Assembly: GCF_009914755.1 (NCBI RefSeq)
Contig: NC_060941.1
Origin: the human T2T-CHM13v2.0 reference genome, Homo sapiens
Direction: 5' to 3' (one strand)
Length of the DNA stretch: 64,000 nucleotides
Shown: positions 32,134 through 47,999 of the stretch, in pieces
Layout of the letters: every line of letters starts with the position of its first letter
Position numbering within the stretch: the stretch's first letter is position 1
Program-made: the position numbers and the translations under genes
Notes under the pieces: generated by a model
The model's input: only the letters and a program-made list of their open reading frames with translations
Told to the model about the DNA's origin: nothing
Database searches by the model: none

Positions 32134-33127
32134 CCTGGTGTAATCTGAACTTAACTTTTTTATAATTTGCCTCGTTAGACTAAAAGCAGCCTTCCCAGCA
32201 TCTCCCTGCGAGGAGGTAAAGTAAGGGCCTTGGAGGCTCTCCTGTGTTGAGAAGTGGCAGGAACGTCCTCAGTAGCCAAGGTCATTGCTGATTCAGGAAG
32301 TGGCCCCTGGAACCACAGGATGATGTCACCACATTGAGGAAGCGTTTCACTGCTGTTCAGTAACAAGGAAGGAACTTAGCTGAACTAGAGAACTGGCCAC
32401 TGGACAGTGGACGCTGACCCTGTGCTCAGTGCTGGCTCCCTAGCCCCTCCCTCGAAGTAGGTCAGCCCAGCAGAAAGCAACCCCAGGCCTGTTCCTCGGA
32501 GGCCTGGGAAGGGCCACGCTTTCTGTGTGTGACGTGGAGGGTGGGGTGTCTGAAGGAGCTTAGCCCTCAGGTGGTCTGGTCCCCATGGATGGAGGAAAGA
32601 GCACCAGCTCAGGACAGGGCTGGAATCCACAGGGAAGAGCCAACTGCATCCCAGCACTCCTGACCCCTTGGTAGGTCAGTTGTTTACCTCCTCCCACAGG
32701 CCCCACTGTCTTCATTTCACTGATGTGGGAGCAGAAGCTCAAAGAGGTCAGGCTATCACATGGACTCCCACTGCTTGTCAGCGGTGGGGACAAGATTTGT
32801 CCGTCCAGTGCTCTTTCCACTATCTGGTCTTCCCTTGGCTGACATGCACAGGGTGTGAGAGGTGGTAGCAGTGCTTGGGCCCACATGGGGTCTTCTCACG
32901 CCCCCAAGGCCTGGCAACCTTTCATTTTTTCTGAGTTGTCAGACATGCCTGTGTACCCAGCATTGCCACACCAGGCCCAGGGACATAGGAAAACCAGGAC
33001 CTCACCCTGCCTTCTCCACAGGGTCTGTGACGCTCACGTACCAGTGCAGTCATGCTGCCCACTGCACAGAGCCATTTGATGGTAGAATCCTGTCCCATGT
33101 GCTGTAAAATGTAAAAATATACTTTGG

Positions 33128-33437
<310 letters not shown>

Positions 33438-35248
33438 TACATTTGTGTTTTTTGTACTTGCCACTTTCTTTCTGTTTGACCTATCCATGCAGATTAGAGG
33501 AGGCTTTTTAATCAGCACTATGTGACTGGCAGATGCTGCTTCCATACTTTCTAGGAAAATTGCAAAATGTAGCTGATAAGAATCAATTTCCTGTTTTTCT
33601 ACCAACTCGATTGCCTTCTTTCACAGTTACCTGAAAGTGGCCCACTGAAGCATCTTTATTAAAAAATCTTTCACCCTTTGTTTTAGGAGCGCATTTGGGA
33701 AAGGGTGTCTCTCCCCCAGCACAGAGTACAGGCACCCAGGCTCTGCCGGGCAGTCCCTGGAGCAGACAGGGTGGACTCGAGTGGGAGAGACCCTTGTCTG
33801 CCTGAGTTGGGAGAGTTTTCTTGGTCTTCTTTTTAGATTGTATTTTGAGGGAAATGTTGGGCTTTTCTAGCCTTCCTACTCAGCCTCTCCCCCTTAGGCT
33901 TTTTCTCAGCTGGTGTGACAGACTGGAAAGGATAGAAATAAGGCCTACCTGTGGTTACAGTTCTTGACCACAGCAAGTGAAGACTTGGAGCTCTTCCAGT
34001 GGGGTTCATAATGCAAAAGGCCGCCTTCCTGGGAGAAGGTCCGTGCATTTGATGCGACTTTAGTGATGAGCTTAAACTAACAATTCCCGTTCTTCCTTCC
34101 AGTGAGTGTCTGGGAAAGCAACCTGCAACAATGAGAGAGTGGCACATCCCCCAGCACTTGCTTTTTCCCTTGGTCCCTGTGAGCTCTGAACCTTCAGATC
34201 CTCAGAGCAGAGCCAAGGCCAGGCTCAGGTGGTCAGAAGGGCCCATTCAGGCCTGTCTCACAACGACGTCTGTGTTCACTGTCATGTGCATGGGCACAAG
34301 AGGCCCTTTGTGGAGCTGAGTTGCTGTCACCAAGGCAAGAATATCTCTGCTGGAATCCTCCCTCGAAGCTCAGTCCCGTTGTGTGTAGCTCAGCTGATGT
34401 TCAATGGTTGGTGGCCAAGAATTCTGCCATCTGCAGAACTGAAAGCTGTACATCCGTTTATGAAAACCACAACATTCAGGGGAATACCCATTGTCTTTAA
34501 TTTCTACATTGATGTGACGAGCTATGATGTGGTGAGCCAGTATGTGCCAGCTGTGCGTTATTCTAACAGTGTCAGTTATGGTAGACGTAAACATGTACAT
34601 TTGCATTTGAAGCTATTCTGGCCTTGCAGATGTGCTAGAAAGCTCAGAGGACAAAGGAGGCCTCACTTCTCCAGCAGGTCCAGTTCAGAGCCCCGTGCCC
34701 ACTCTCCCCCTCCAACCTGGCTGTATCAGGCACTGTAGCTGTGCAACTCAGTACCAGCTTCCCTGCCAGGATGGGGCTTGTTTTCCAGAGCACTTTTTTT
34801 GGGGTGGGGTGGGATATGAGCCTTCTACTTGATTCATTTGTGGTTTCCATTTGGTAGTAAATGAAAGATGTCGTAAGTGCAATATTTGCTTTATAGCAAG
34901 GGTTTTGTGAACCAAGCCTCAGAGATTCCTTATCAGGAAAGAGGCTGGGAACAGGTGGCTGGAGTGGTTAATGATTTGGGTGTGAGTGCCCTGTTCACTT
35001 GAGAAGAGTCCCCAGGAACTGTCTGGCTTCCTTTATTCTCTTCCATGTGGATGGTGACATCTTTTTGAACATAGGAAAGCCCAAACTTGAGAGTTCTGAT
35101 TGGCATAGGTGAAGTTTAGGAACAAAACGAACAAAAAAATATACTTTTTGTTTTGGTGTATTATTAAGAAATCAAGTTGTTAAGGTGGATTGAGGACTTT
35201 TCTTTACCCTCTAGCTTTATTTCTGAAGAGATACTTTGGGAAATATAA

Positions 35249-35652
<404 letters not shown>

Positions 35653-36072
35653 CGTTCCAAAGTAAATTTATTGCTATATGTTTTGTGTGTTTTTAAGAAT
35701 TTCATGACAGGGTGATGCCTCTGCTTGGCAACCTCACATGGTAGAGAAGTTCCCAGTCTCCTGCCCGGCGCCACCTCAGCCCTCTGCCCAGAAGCAGCCT
35801 CTTTCTACCTCCCCTGGTTCTTCTGTGGATCCCGTCTGTGGCCTGAATTGCATTTAGGCCTCTTCCCCTGTTTTATTCACCATAGCCATGGCCCAGCTAT
35901 CTGAAAGCCTCCTTTGTCAGGAATTATTCCTAACCTTTTAGTTTCTCTCAAAGAGGAAAACCCTAAGAAGCAAATTTAGATTGGAAAGTAAGGCAGAAGC
36001 AACACCTAGGTGAATGAATCCTGCTAGTTAGGTTTCCTAAAATAGATGTAATGAAAGAAGGAAGTAAACTAA

Positions 36073-36387
<315 letters not shown>

Positions 36388-37160
36388 TAGAACATTTTAA
36401 AATGACCCGTTAACCATGAAATTGAATTCTGTAGTTGTCCATCTGTCGACCTGTGCATGCACCTGTCTGTGCATGCATGTAAGCCTCCACCCAACAGGTG
36501 TTTGTCAGCCAGGGGTGAGTGCTACAAGGGAGAGGTGCAGAGGTGCAGAGTCTGACACAGCATCAGGATGGAGGGGAAGGACCAGGTCCGGGAAGCCGAG
36601 CTCTGACTACAAAAGAGGAGGTGGGTGCGCTGAGGGAACAGCCTGCACGGAGACCCGGGAGGAGGACAGGGCAAGGAACCATCTAAAGCAGTAGCTCCAA
36701 ATCTCTCAGAGGGCAGGTCTTGTTCTGAGAGTTTTAGAGAAGCTATGGACCCTTCCTGAAACGGGGGCAGAGGTGGGCACATACTTCTAAAACTACAATA
36801 ATTTCTAAAAGCATTTAGATTCCCTGATCGTGAAACATCCTGATGGCTGTGTAAGCCCCAGCACCCAGCACCATGGTTTATGTTGTGAATGTTAAGACTC
36901 CCGTGGGGTTTGTTACATCAGCTAGGAGTTCACATCTCATTCATTCAATAAAAACTGTCTTTCCAGGAGCTGCTTAGAAGTATTTAAACTAGCTAAGTGC
37001 ACAGCAAAAGTGTCTGCATGTGTGCATTTTTATCTGCATTTCTTTCTAATCAGTGTACAAAGCTGCTTACAGAACGAAAATGTTTGGGGTCACTGCAGAA
37101 ATGGGCGGGCTTCATTTTCCATGATCTCGTAGTAACACTACGAGAGACAAAGGTCAACTC

Positions 37161-37446
37161 TTTTTTTTTTTTTTTTTTTGAGACGGAGTCTCGCTCTGTC
37201 ACTAGGCTGGAGTGCAGTGGCGAGATCTTGGCTCACTGCAACCTCCATATCCCGGGTCTCTAAGTGATTCTCCTGCTAGCTGGGATTATAGGCACACGCC
37301 ACCATGCCCAGCTAATTTTTGTATTTTTAGTAGAGATGGCGTTTCACCATGTTGGCCAGGATGGTCTCGATCTCTTGACCTTGTGATCCGCCCGCCTCGG
37401 CCTCCCAAAGTGTGAGGATTATAGGCGTGAGCCACCGCGCCTGGCC
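37161..37446 (-). mobile_element. AluS-like
   Basis: Antisense dimer. Confidence 0.9.
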
Positions 37447-37902
37447 TCAAAAGTCAGCTCTTGAATGTTGGTGTGCCTGGAGTGGAGTCTTTGGTCTCCA
37501 GATGCCCTCCACCTGTTTGAAGGATGCTCTTTGGTTCATCTGTTCAAGAGCTATACTTTGGGTCTTTGAGTTAGTTCCTTTTTTGGAGCACTGCAGATCT
37601 GCCGTGAAGACTGAGGTTCTGATCCTTGTGAGGCCTGATGGCTGGGGCTTGCATACCCAAAGGCATCTTCTCTTGGTTGGTACCAGGGGACTTCTGTAGT
37701 TGGGAAAGCTACGTTTGACTGTCACTTGATTTTAACATTCAAATATTTGTAAGCCTTTCCTTTCCTCTGCCTGCATTGTTGGGCTACTGCTGGACCTTGC
37801 GGGTTTGAGATGGGAATGGAATGTGGTCTGCCCAGGAAACTGCTGTGCAGGAGCTGTATCAGCCTTGTCTTTTGCATATGATGACTTGGTCTTCCCCAAC
37901 AG

Positions 37903-38015
37903 CCACCTCCCCGCGAGTGTCCTCCGAGCTGGAGCAAGCCCGGCCCCAGACTAGTGGAGAAGAGGAGCTTCAGCTGCAGCTGGCACTTGCCATGAGCAGA
38001 GAAGTGGCTGAGCAG
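37903..38015 (+). CDS. EPN2: Epsin 2 exon 5: UIM1
   Basis: ccccaacag|ccacc ... gagcag|gtcagt; TSPRVSSELEQARPQTSGEEELQLQLALAMSREVAEQ. Confidence 0.97.
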
Positions 38016-38540
38016 GTCAGTGCCCCAGGCAGGTCTGCAGTGCATTGACTGCCCATGCTCAGGGTGGAGTGTGGCTCACTGGGAAGAAGATGGCAGACAC
38101 AGCCCTGTCTTCAAAACATTTCAGATATGCTTGCTGAGATGGCATTTCATGCTGCCGTAAGTGTGTATTCTTGTCACCCAGTGTCCCTCCCAGTCAGGGA
38201 GGGATCCCATGCAAAGTTACATTTAGGAAAGATTTTCTAGGAAGTCATTGCCAAGGAAAGAAACCAGTTAAAAATGCTTCCCAGAAACACTTGTGCAGAC
38301 ACGTGTCTGGGCTTTCCCTGAGTGAGCTGAGCCTGCACAGGCTCTTTGAAGGGTGGCATGCAGGGTGGGCGCAGGGATGCAGGCCTGAGGGGCAGGAGCC
38401 AGCCCAGCCCCCGCCAAGCACTTTGACCTGTAGCAAGAGATTTGCAAAAAGCAAAGGCTGGGAAAAAATGCTCCCGAAATGAGAGTGCTTGTGTTTTGAT
38501 GATGGAAGTATGTATAGTTTTAGTTTTTTTCAGTTCCCAT

Positions 38541-38896
38541 TTTTCTTTTCTTTTCTCTTTTCTTTTCTTTCTCTCTTTCTCCTTCTTTCTTTTTTTTTTT
38601 TTTTTTTTTTTTTTGAATCAGAGTCTCGCTCTGTCACCCAGGCTGGAGTGCAGTGGTGCAATCTTGGCTCCCTGAGACCTCCGCGTCCTGGGTTCAAGTG
38701 ATTCTCGTGCCTCAGCGTCCCGAGTAGCTGGGATTTCAGGCGCGTGCCACCATGCCCGGCTAATTTTTGTATTTTTAGTAGAGACAGGGTTTCACCATGT
38801 TGGTCGGGCTGGTCTCAAACTTCTGACCTCAAGTGATCTGCCCACCTCGGCCTCCCAAAGTGCTGAGAGTACAGTCTTGGGCCACCGTGCCTGGCC
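38541..38896 (-). mobile_element. AluS-like with long TC-rich tail
   Basis: Antisense dimer; TSD cccatttttcttt. Confidence 0.9.
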
Positions 38897-39378
38897 CCCA
38901 TTTTTCTTTAGTAAGCATGCATTACTTTACAACAGCGAGAAGGGAAAGGAGCAATTAGAGTGGCCTTACAAATTGTCAAGCCTTTGGTTGCAGTTATCAG
39001 GGCTGTCTCCAATGACCTTTGGTTAAAAAAGGTAGATGGGACCAGGGGCAGCACAGGGATTCCTCTCCTCTATTAGAAGTTGGTGTTCAGAGAGGAATAC
39101 TGGGGATAGTTAGATTTGAGTACTGACAAGTTCATCCCGGCATTGTTTGTGTGTCTATAACTGGCAACATTCTAAAGCTCAGTGACAGTGGGCAATCTCA
39201 GTTGTGGCCTCTCTGTCCCTGCAGTGGGAAACAGGCCACCAGTAACTGCCCAGGTGGATGCATGTGGCTTCATGGCCAGCAGCCCAGGAAGAAGGTGCGT
39301 GGTAGCATCCACTGAGAAACATAGGGACAGACGGACGGTTTGAGCCCATTTTAGTTAATATTTATAATAAAATATAAG

Positions 39379-39496
39379 GGAGCAAGTTCAAACTCCCGTG
39401 CTGATCAGTAGTGGCATTGTCCCTGTGAATAGCTACTGTGTAGCAGCCTGGGTAATACCATGAGACCCTATCTCTTAAAAACAAGAAAAGAAAAAA
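39379..39496 (+). pseudogene. 5'-truncated 7SL RNA retrocopy
   Basis: ggagcaagttcaaactcccgtgctgatcagtagtgg...ctgtgaatagc matches the 7SL S-domain/3' end absent from Alu; A-rich tail; TSD aaaata(t/c)aagg. Confidence 0.85.
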
Positions 39497-40070
39497 TACA
39501 AGGAATATATTATTTATATTTAATTATTATATTATATAAAAGCTTAGGACAACCCTGTCTTTTGCATATGGTGACTTTGCCTTAAATAAAGATAGTGAAT
39601 CATTTCTGTTAGGAATCATAGAAATATGCAGCCATTTTCCGGAAGCATACACAGTGGAGGTGGAATGATACGTGATTTTTATCTTCTTTCTAATTCCTTT
39701 TTGGGTTGTCAGATTTGTGTTTTATAAGGACACACATTGCTTCTATAAGTAGAATTTATAAAGCCAGTTTCATTTTGAGAAAAAAATATTTTAGATTAAG
39801 CATTCCCTTTCCCCAGTTTGGTGGTACCTGAGCCATAGTCTCCCTGGTGTGACCCCACAGGGGTCCAAGTCACAGGAGTCGCCATGAGGGAGGGGCCTTC
39901 TGGGTACACACACATTTGGGATTTGAAAGTAATTGTGTTTTACAAGTAGTTTTGAAATCTTCCTTTGAAATACTGCATCATACAATGTGCATTTCCTGTT
40001 TCTGGCCAGTGTGGCTTTGTTCTGTACAGTGATGTTATTACAATTACCAGTTTGCATTGTCCCTCTACAG

Positions 40071-40163
40071 GAAGAACGCCTCAGGCGGGGTGATGACCTC
40101 AGATTACAGATGGCCCTGGAAGAAAGCCGAAGGGACACAGTTAAAATTCCAAAAAAGAAAGAG
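40071..40163 (+). CDS. EPN2: Epsin 2 exon 6: UIM2
   Basis: ccctctacag|gaagaa ... aaagag|gtaaga; EERLRRGDDLRLQMALEESRRDTVKIPKKKE. Confidence 0.97.
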
Positions 40164-41123
40164 GTAAGAGCTTGCTGGGAGGGTAGATGTTTCACCCTGT
40201 CCTGTAGTTGTTGCCTCAATATCCCCCCACCAACTTGCCTGGATGGCGTGATGCACAGTGAGTTCTCCAACCTCAGCAAATAACCTTCATGCCTGTAGTG
40301 AGCGAGAGCCAGGTGAGCAAGCGACTGAAAACACACCTGAACTAACCAGGAGACACTTAATGTCCCAGTGCCTCAGTCTGCTCGTTTGTAAAATGGAGGT
40401 GATGATAGTGCCTGCCTCCTGCCGCTGTGGCTACGGCAGCTGTCAAGTGAGCTACATGCCAGGGGCTGCGGAACGCTTTCCTGCAGCAGGGTGTGCCCCC
40501 AGAAGTGCTGGTTGCCTCGTCAGCCCTGTGCCAGGCTTCCTGCTTTGATGTAGAGATGACCAGGACATGGCTGGGCTCTTGACAAGCTCATCATCATCCA
40601 GTCAAGACCCAGACCCCTTCTACACCACAGGCCCCGGGGCTCCATTGGCCTCCTCTGTTACAGTGCTACTGAGGCCGGTGGAGCCCCTGGCTCCTGACTG
40701 GTTGATGTTGATGATCCCTGATGACACATGGGGTGGTCTTGAGAGTGGGGAGCATGCAGGTGCCCGAGGAGGAGGGCCCTCAGGCTGGCCCTGGATGGTG
40801 GCTGGCAGGTGGGAGGGATGGCGTTCTGGAGGAGGTCCACAGCCTGGGCAGAAGCCAGTGTTAGCCTGGAAAAGTCTGTGGAGCCCTGAGGTCTCTGAAG
40901 TCTGGTGAGGGGGTTTAGCAAACAGTAAATAGCTTGTTGTGACTGGAGAGCTGGCTGGACGGGGAGGGAGATGGGACGGCTCAGTTTCCAAGTTCTTCTC
41001 AGCCCCTCCTAGAGGGCTTCACTGGAGGAAGAGGCACAGGTGGGTGATATTTATGGCTAGTTCATGAGTATTTGCTGTAACTGTAGCATAGTAAAACCTG
41101 TCCCCTTCTCTTTGTCTTAAAAG

Positions 41124-41298
41124 CATGGCTCTCTCCCACAGCAGACTACGCTGTTGGATTTAATGGATGCTCTCCCCAGCTCGGGCCCCGCGGCCCAGAA
41201 AGCAGAGCCCTGGGGCCCGTCAGCCTCCACTAACCAGACCAACCCCTGGGGCGGGCCAGCGGCTCCTGCGAGTACTTCAGACCCCTGGCCATCGTTTG
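41124..41298 (+). CDS. EPN2: Epsin 2 exon 7: clathrin box LLDLM and first xPW motifs
   Basis: tcttaaaag|catggc ... tttg|gtaaag; HGSLPQQTTLLDLMDALP...EPW...NPW...DPW. Confidence 0.93.
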
Positions 41299-43481
41299 GT
41301 AAAGACCCCATTACTGGTCTCCCGTGCTTGCCTGCTGGATGGGTGAGGGGCAGGGCAGTGCTTCTTGCTGTCTCTCACCCACTTGGGTCTGGTCGATTGT
41401 GGTGGGTGTCCAGGCTCCTCCAGCCCTCAGCAGTGATATCCAACTGGCCCTTGCCCTCCTCCTTGAGGATGGTGGCATGGTGTTCCCTCTTTGTTTTGAG
41501 TGGTTTTCTGCTTTGGGAGAAGGAAAGTCAACCTCCCCTCAACCTCCCATTTGCATCAGAAATGGCTTGTGCCTTCTCTGGGACATGTTTCAACTCTTGC
41601 AGCCTCAGCGTTACACCCAGCGCCCCAGCTGAAGGAACCAAAATACACAGCATGGAACATCCAAATCAAGCTGCTGTAATTAGATGGAAATTATGATGTG
41701 CTTACCACCACTGCTGATGAAAAGGGGATACATTTGCTATAATTCTGCTTGTTACTTAAAGCAATAGAAAATCCGTTTAATAGGCTAAATGAATATTTTA
41801 AAGTTTTGCTTAATGTGAGATGTAAGAGGAATTGTGGTGGGAAGTTCAAAATGTGAGCATGACACAACTGGTTTGATTTGGGTGATGATCTTGGGCCCAC
41901 GAGTTTCTTAATCACTGGGCAGGAGCATGGCCCAGCAGGCTTTATGAAGGCTTCCTGGCCTGGTGCTCTGGGAGGCCCCTCCTGGTGTGCTAAACCCTAC
42001 TGGGCGTGGCTGACCTGTGGGCTGTTTGGGAACTTTGTATATCTTGTGGCATCTTGCCTGTATCTCCTGGAGTCTCTGTTTCTCTCAGAACCGTCTCTTG
42101 TGTTTAACTCGGTTCCCTAGATGTTTGCTAAAATGTACCAAGTGACAGGCTGTGTTCTGCTGTGCATGACCCCTGAGACAACAGGTGATTATTGTCCCTG
42201 TTGTCTGTTGTCAAGGCCCTGCTCAGGAGCGGGCAGGGCAGGAACACAGCGTAATAGCAGTACTGTGTAGTCCAGGACTCGATGGAGGTTATTTGAGAGC
42301 ATCCTGGGATGAGATGAGACTCAGTACAGGAGTCCAGGGAGTGTGAGGTAAGCATTTTGGAGGAAGGCCACTTCCGTTGAGTCCCCAGGGAAAAAGAAGG
42401 TGTCCAGGCACCAAGAGGCAGGGAGTTCCCTGCAGAAGACTCAGCGTGTGAGAAGCAGAGGGGTACGGAGTGGTGGAGTGGGTGCAGATGCAACCAGCTG
42501 GTGTGAACTGGGAAGCAGGGGAGAAGGGCCCAGATCACTCAGGGCCTGCACTCAGCCTTACCAAGTGCTTGGACTTGGTCCAGAAGACACTGTCAGCCCC
42601 CGATGCCCTTTAGCATCTGGTGAGTTCCAATAGCTTGATGGTGGCCTCTGTAACCCAGGCAGGGCCTTATACCCCCTTTGGCAGGAGCCCTCTGGGCCTT
42701 GGGAAAAGCCCCAGGCAAAATTGCCCACAGCTTTCATTGACTGAAGGCCAGTTCCAGGGCTGCTCAAGAGGTTGGTTCACAAGGTTTGTCACTTGTGTGT
42801 GGTACCCCCAGGGAGCCTGTGGTATGGTTTTACTCACCACACATGGGGACTGTGGTGCCCCAGGGCTGGCAGACCCTTTTAGACAGTGGCTTTGGCTTTA
42901 TTTTTAAATCTGAAGAATGATTAGTCTGTAAAGTGATGGCCACCATAAGTTATGGTTAGGATGTTTTCAGGAAAGACTGTTCATTAAACTGTCGGATAGT
43001 TGTCTTAGTGCCCTGTAAAGAAAGTGGTCACACCAGGAGCCAGGTGGGTTTAATAGAGTTAAATTCTGGGGAGGGAATTGGGGATCAGAGTGGTGGGAAG
43101 GAGACTTAGTTTTAACACTTTACCTTTTTATATTGTTTGACTTGTTTACCAGGGGTAAGTTTTTCCCAGTCAGGAGAGACAAAAATCTCAAAATATCTTT
43201 AAATGACCAAGTTATGCCCAGCCCCTCCTTTGGCTGGTGAACAGGGCTGTGCCCTGGACCCAGTGTTCTGGGCCGAGCCAAGGACCTGACCTGACCCTCT
43301 AGGAACATAGCGTAATAGCAATACCATGTTGAGAGCACCCTGGGGTGAGACTCGGTACAGGAGTCCAGGGGGTGTGAGCGGAGGAGTCTCCCCTGATGAA
43401 TGGGGGCAACTTGGTGGGCTTGATGGGCTGCTGCTTCACCTAGGAATGCTGCCCATGTGAATCTGCCCTCCCAAATTTTAA

Positions 43482-44200
<719 letters not shown>

Positions 44201-46288
44201 TCCAGTTTTTTAAAGAGAAGATAGAAACCTGGATTTTTGAAATCTAGTGTTTAAATGTTGGCTGTGAATTTTAAAAATTAAGAATATGGTTTGAGCTAAT
44301 TAAAAGCTATCTGAGGATGGGCACATGTGGCTTGTTGACTGCCAGTTGGCCATCTCTTGCCACTTGCCCAGCCTAGGACCTTCTTGGTTCTGATGCACTT
44401 GGCATTATTACCAGTGACTTGGGGAGGAGATAGGCCACCAAAGCCCATAGACATTGTTAATAGGTTAGGGACAGGCTCAGTGCTTATGGCACCATGTCCT
44501 GTAGTTGTCACACCATCCTGGACTGCTGCAAGGCCCTTCTGTGGCCCTGGCATGTCCTGGAAAAGTCACCACAAATTCCAATATGGAGAGATAGCCACTG
44601 TTAAAATGTTAGCTTGTCTGCTTCCTGTCTTTTTTCTGGGCATTATGTTTTTACTCAGTTGAAGCTATATTGTATATATAATTACGTGTGTATGTATGTG
44701 TGTATTTCAATTTGTAGTGTCATGAGCATTTCTAGGCATCATTAGAAATTCTAAACAATACCACGCTGTACCATCATTTACTAAGCAGCCTAGTGATGTT
44801 CATAGGGGTGTTTTTGCAGTTCTGGCACTCTGCTTTCAATAGAAAAATACATTAAAATCACAGTGATTTCTTTTAATTCTGAGATTCTTTTCTCAGTGGT
44901 GGTGTTGACCAGCTCTGCAGGAGAATGGCCCTCTGCTAGCTCCTGCATTCACTGAAGCGTGTTAGCACACCCTCTGCTTCCACATTCCATCAGCGTAGCC
45001 TCAGAGCAAGAGTGTGGTATTGGATTTATTGTTTAGCATCTAGTTAAATCCAATAGTGCAAATTTTCAGGGTCACCCCTCCATCCTGAGACTCATTCATA
45101 AATTAGAAAGATTGGAGTCCCTTCCCCTAACAGTGTTAGCTGTGCCCTCTGGATGAAAGAAACACTGTTTTGAAAGCCACCATTTGTAGTGAGCCCCATC
45201 ATTACCAGTTTTTTCCAAGCAGCACTAGGAGCAACTTGGCCAAGTGGCCTTGGGAGGAAATGCTCAGGGTTGAAAGGAGGGAGATTGGAGCCTGCCAGGT
45301 CAGTGGGGCGCTTCCTCCTCTGTTCCAGACACACAAAGCAGCCACCTGGTCTGAGGAGGGCTTATAGCCTGCTAATTCAGAAGACCTTGGCTGGCTGGAG
45401 CCCTCTCTCTGTACTCCCGCCCACTGCCTGGGCTGGGACAGAGGCTGTCTTCCGCCCTGGCAGCAGCAGGTGGTGCTACTGGCTTCTTGGTGACCTCTGC
45501 ACGGCTCAGTTCTTCTGTGACGCACCACCCCCCCGCGTTGTGACTGCCTCCCTGTGCACATGAATATTCATCTGTGAGGCTCGGGATGAGCCAGGCTGGC
45601 GGGTGGGAGGCGACCGGGACACAGGCTCCCTGTGAATGGGCCCCACAGAGGAAGAGGCCGGAAACTGCTTGATCTTTCAAACCTTGGTTCCATCTTCGTT
45701 TCCTCTCATTCACTTGAGCTTTCAACAAGCATTTATTGATTGGGTATGTGGCATGGCCTGGACCCTGCCGAGGACGTGGAGAGGGAGAGCACAGAGAGAA
45801 GCCTTGCAGCGGATCTACTGTCCATTCATAGAGGAGGAGCATGCCCATTGCCTCCCCGAGCCAGCAGGCGTTCCCTGAGGGTACAGCTGGCCCTCAGGGA
45901 ATGATTGTGACTTTGTGACTTTGTCTCCAAGTCACATTTCAAGAAAGCAAGGTGCCACAGTGTGTGACCTTCCATGACTCCCCCGCACACAGCAAAGAAG
46001 GAGGTCACACTGGCCACGGGACTTTGTATGTGTCTGGGGGGCTTTGCCCATTTGTATAGTCTGAATTCAGCCCAGCAGTTTGCAGTGTCCTATACACATG
46101 GGTCCCCAGTGTCACTTGCAGAATGCAAACTAGACAGAGCCCACCCACGCCAAACAGCTTGTCCATGATTACCTGGGTGATTTGGAGGTGGTCAGGATTT
46201 GATTCAAGCACAGACTTCACTCTATGTTCAAAGCTGTCTGGGCTGTGACCAACTTTGTCTGTGTGGGCTATAAGAGTAGGGGGTTCTT

Positions 46289-47999
<1,711 letters not shown>

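Noticed and set aside
34063-34189. GTGATGA...CTGA snoRNA candidate
   Set aside because: No terminal stem or internal C'/D' boxes; such motifs are frequent by chance
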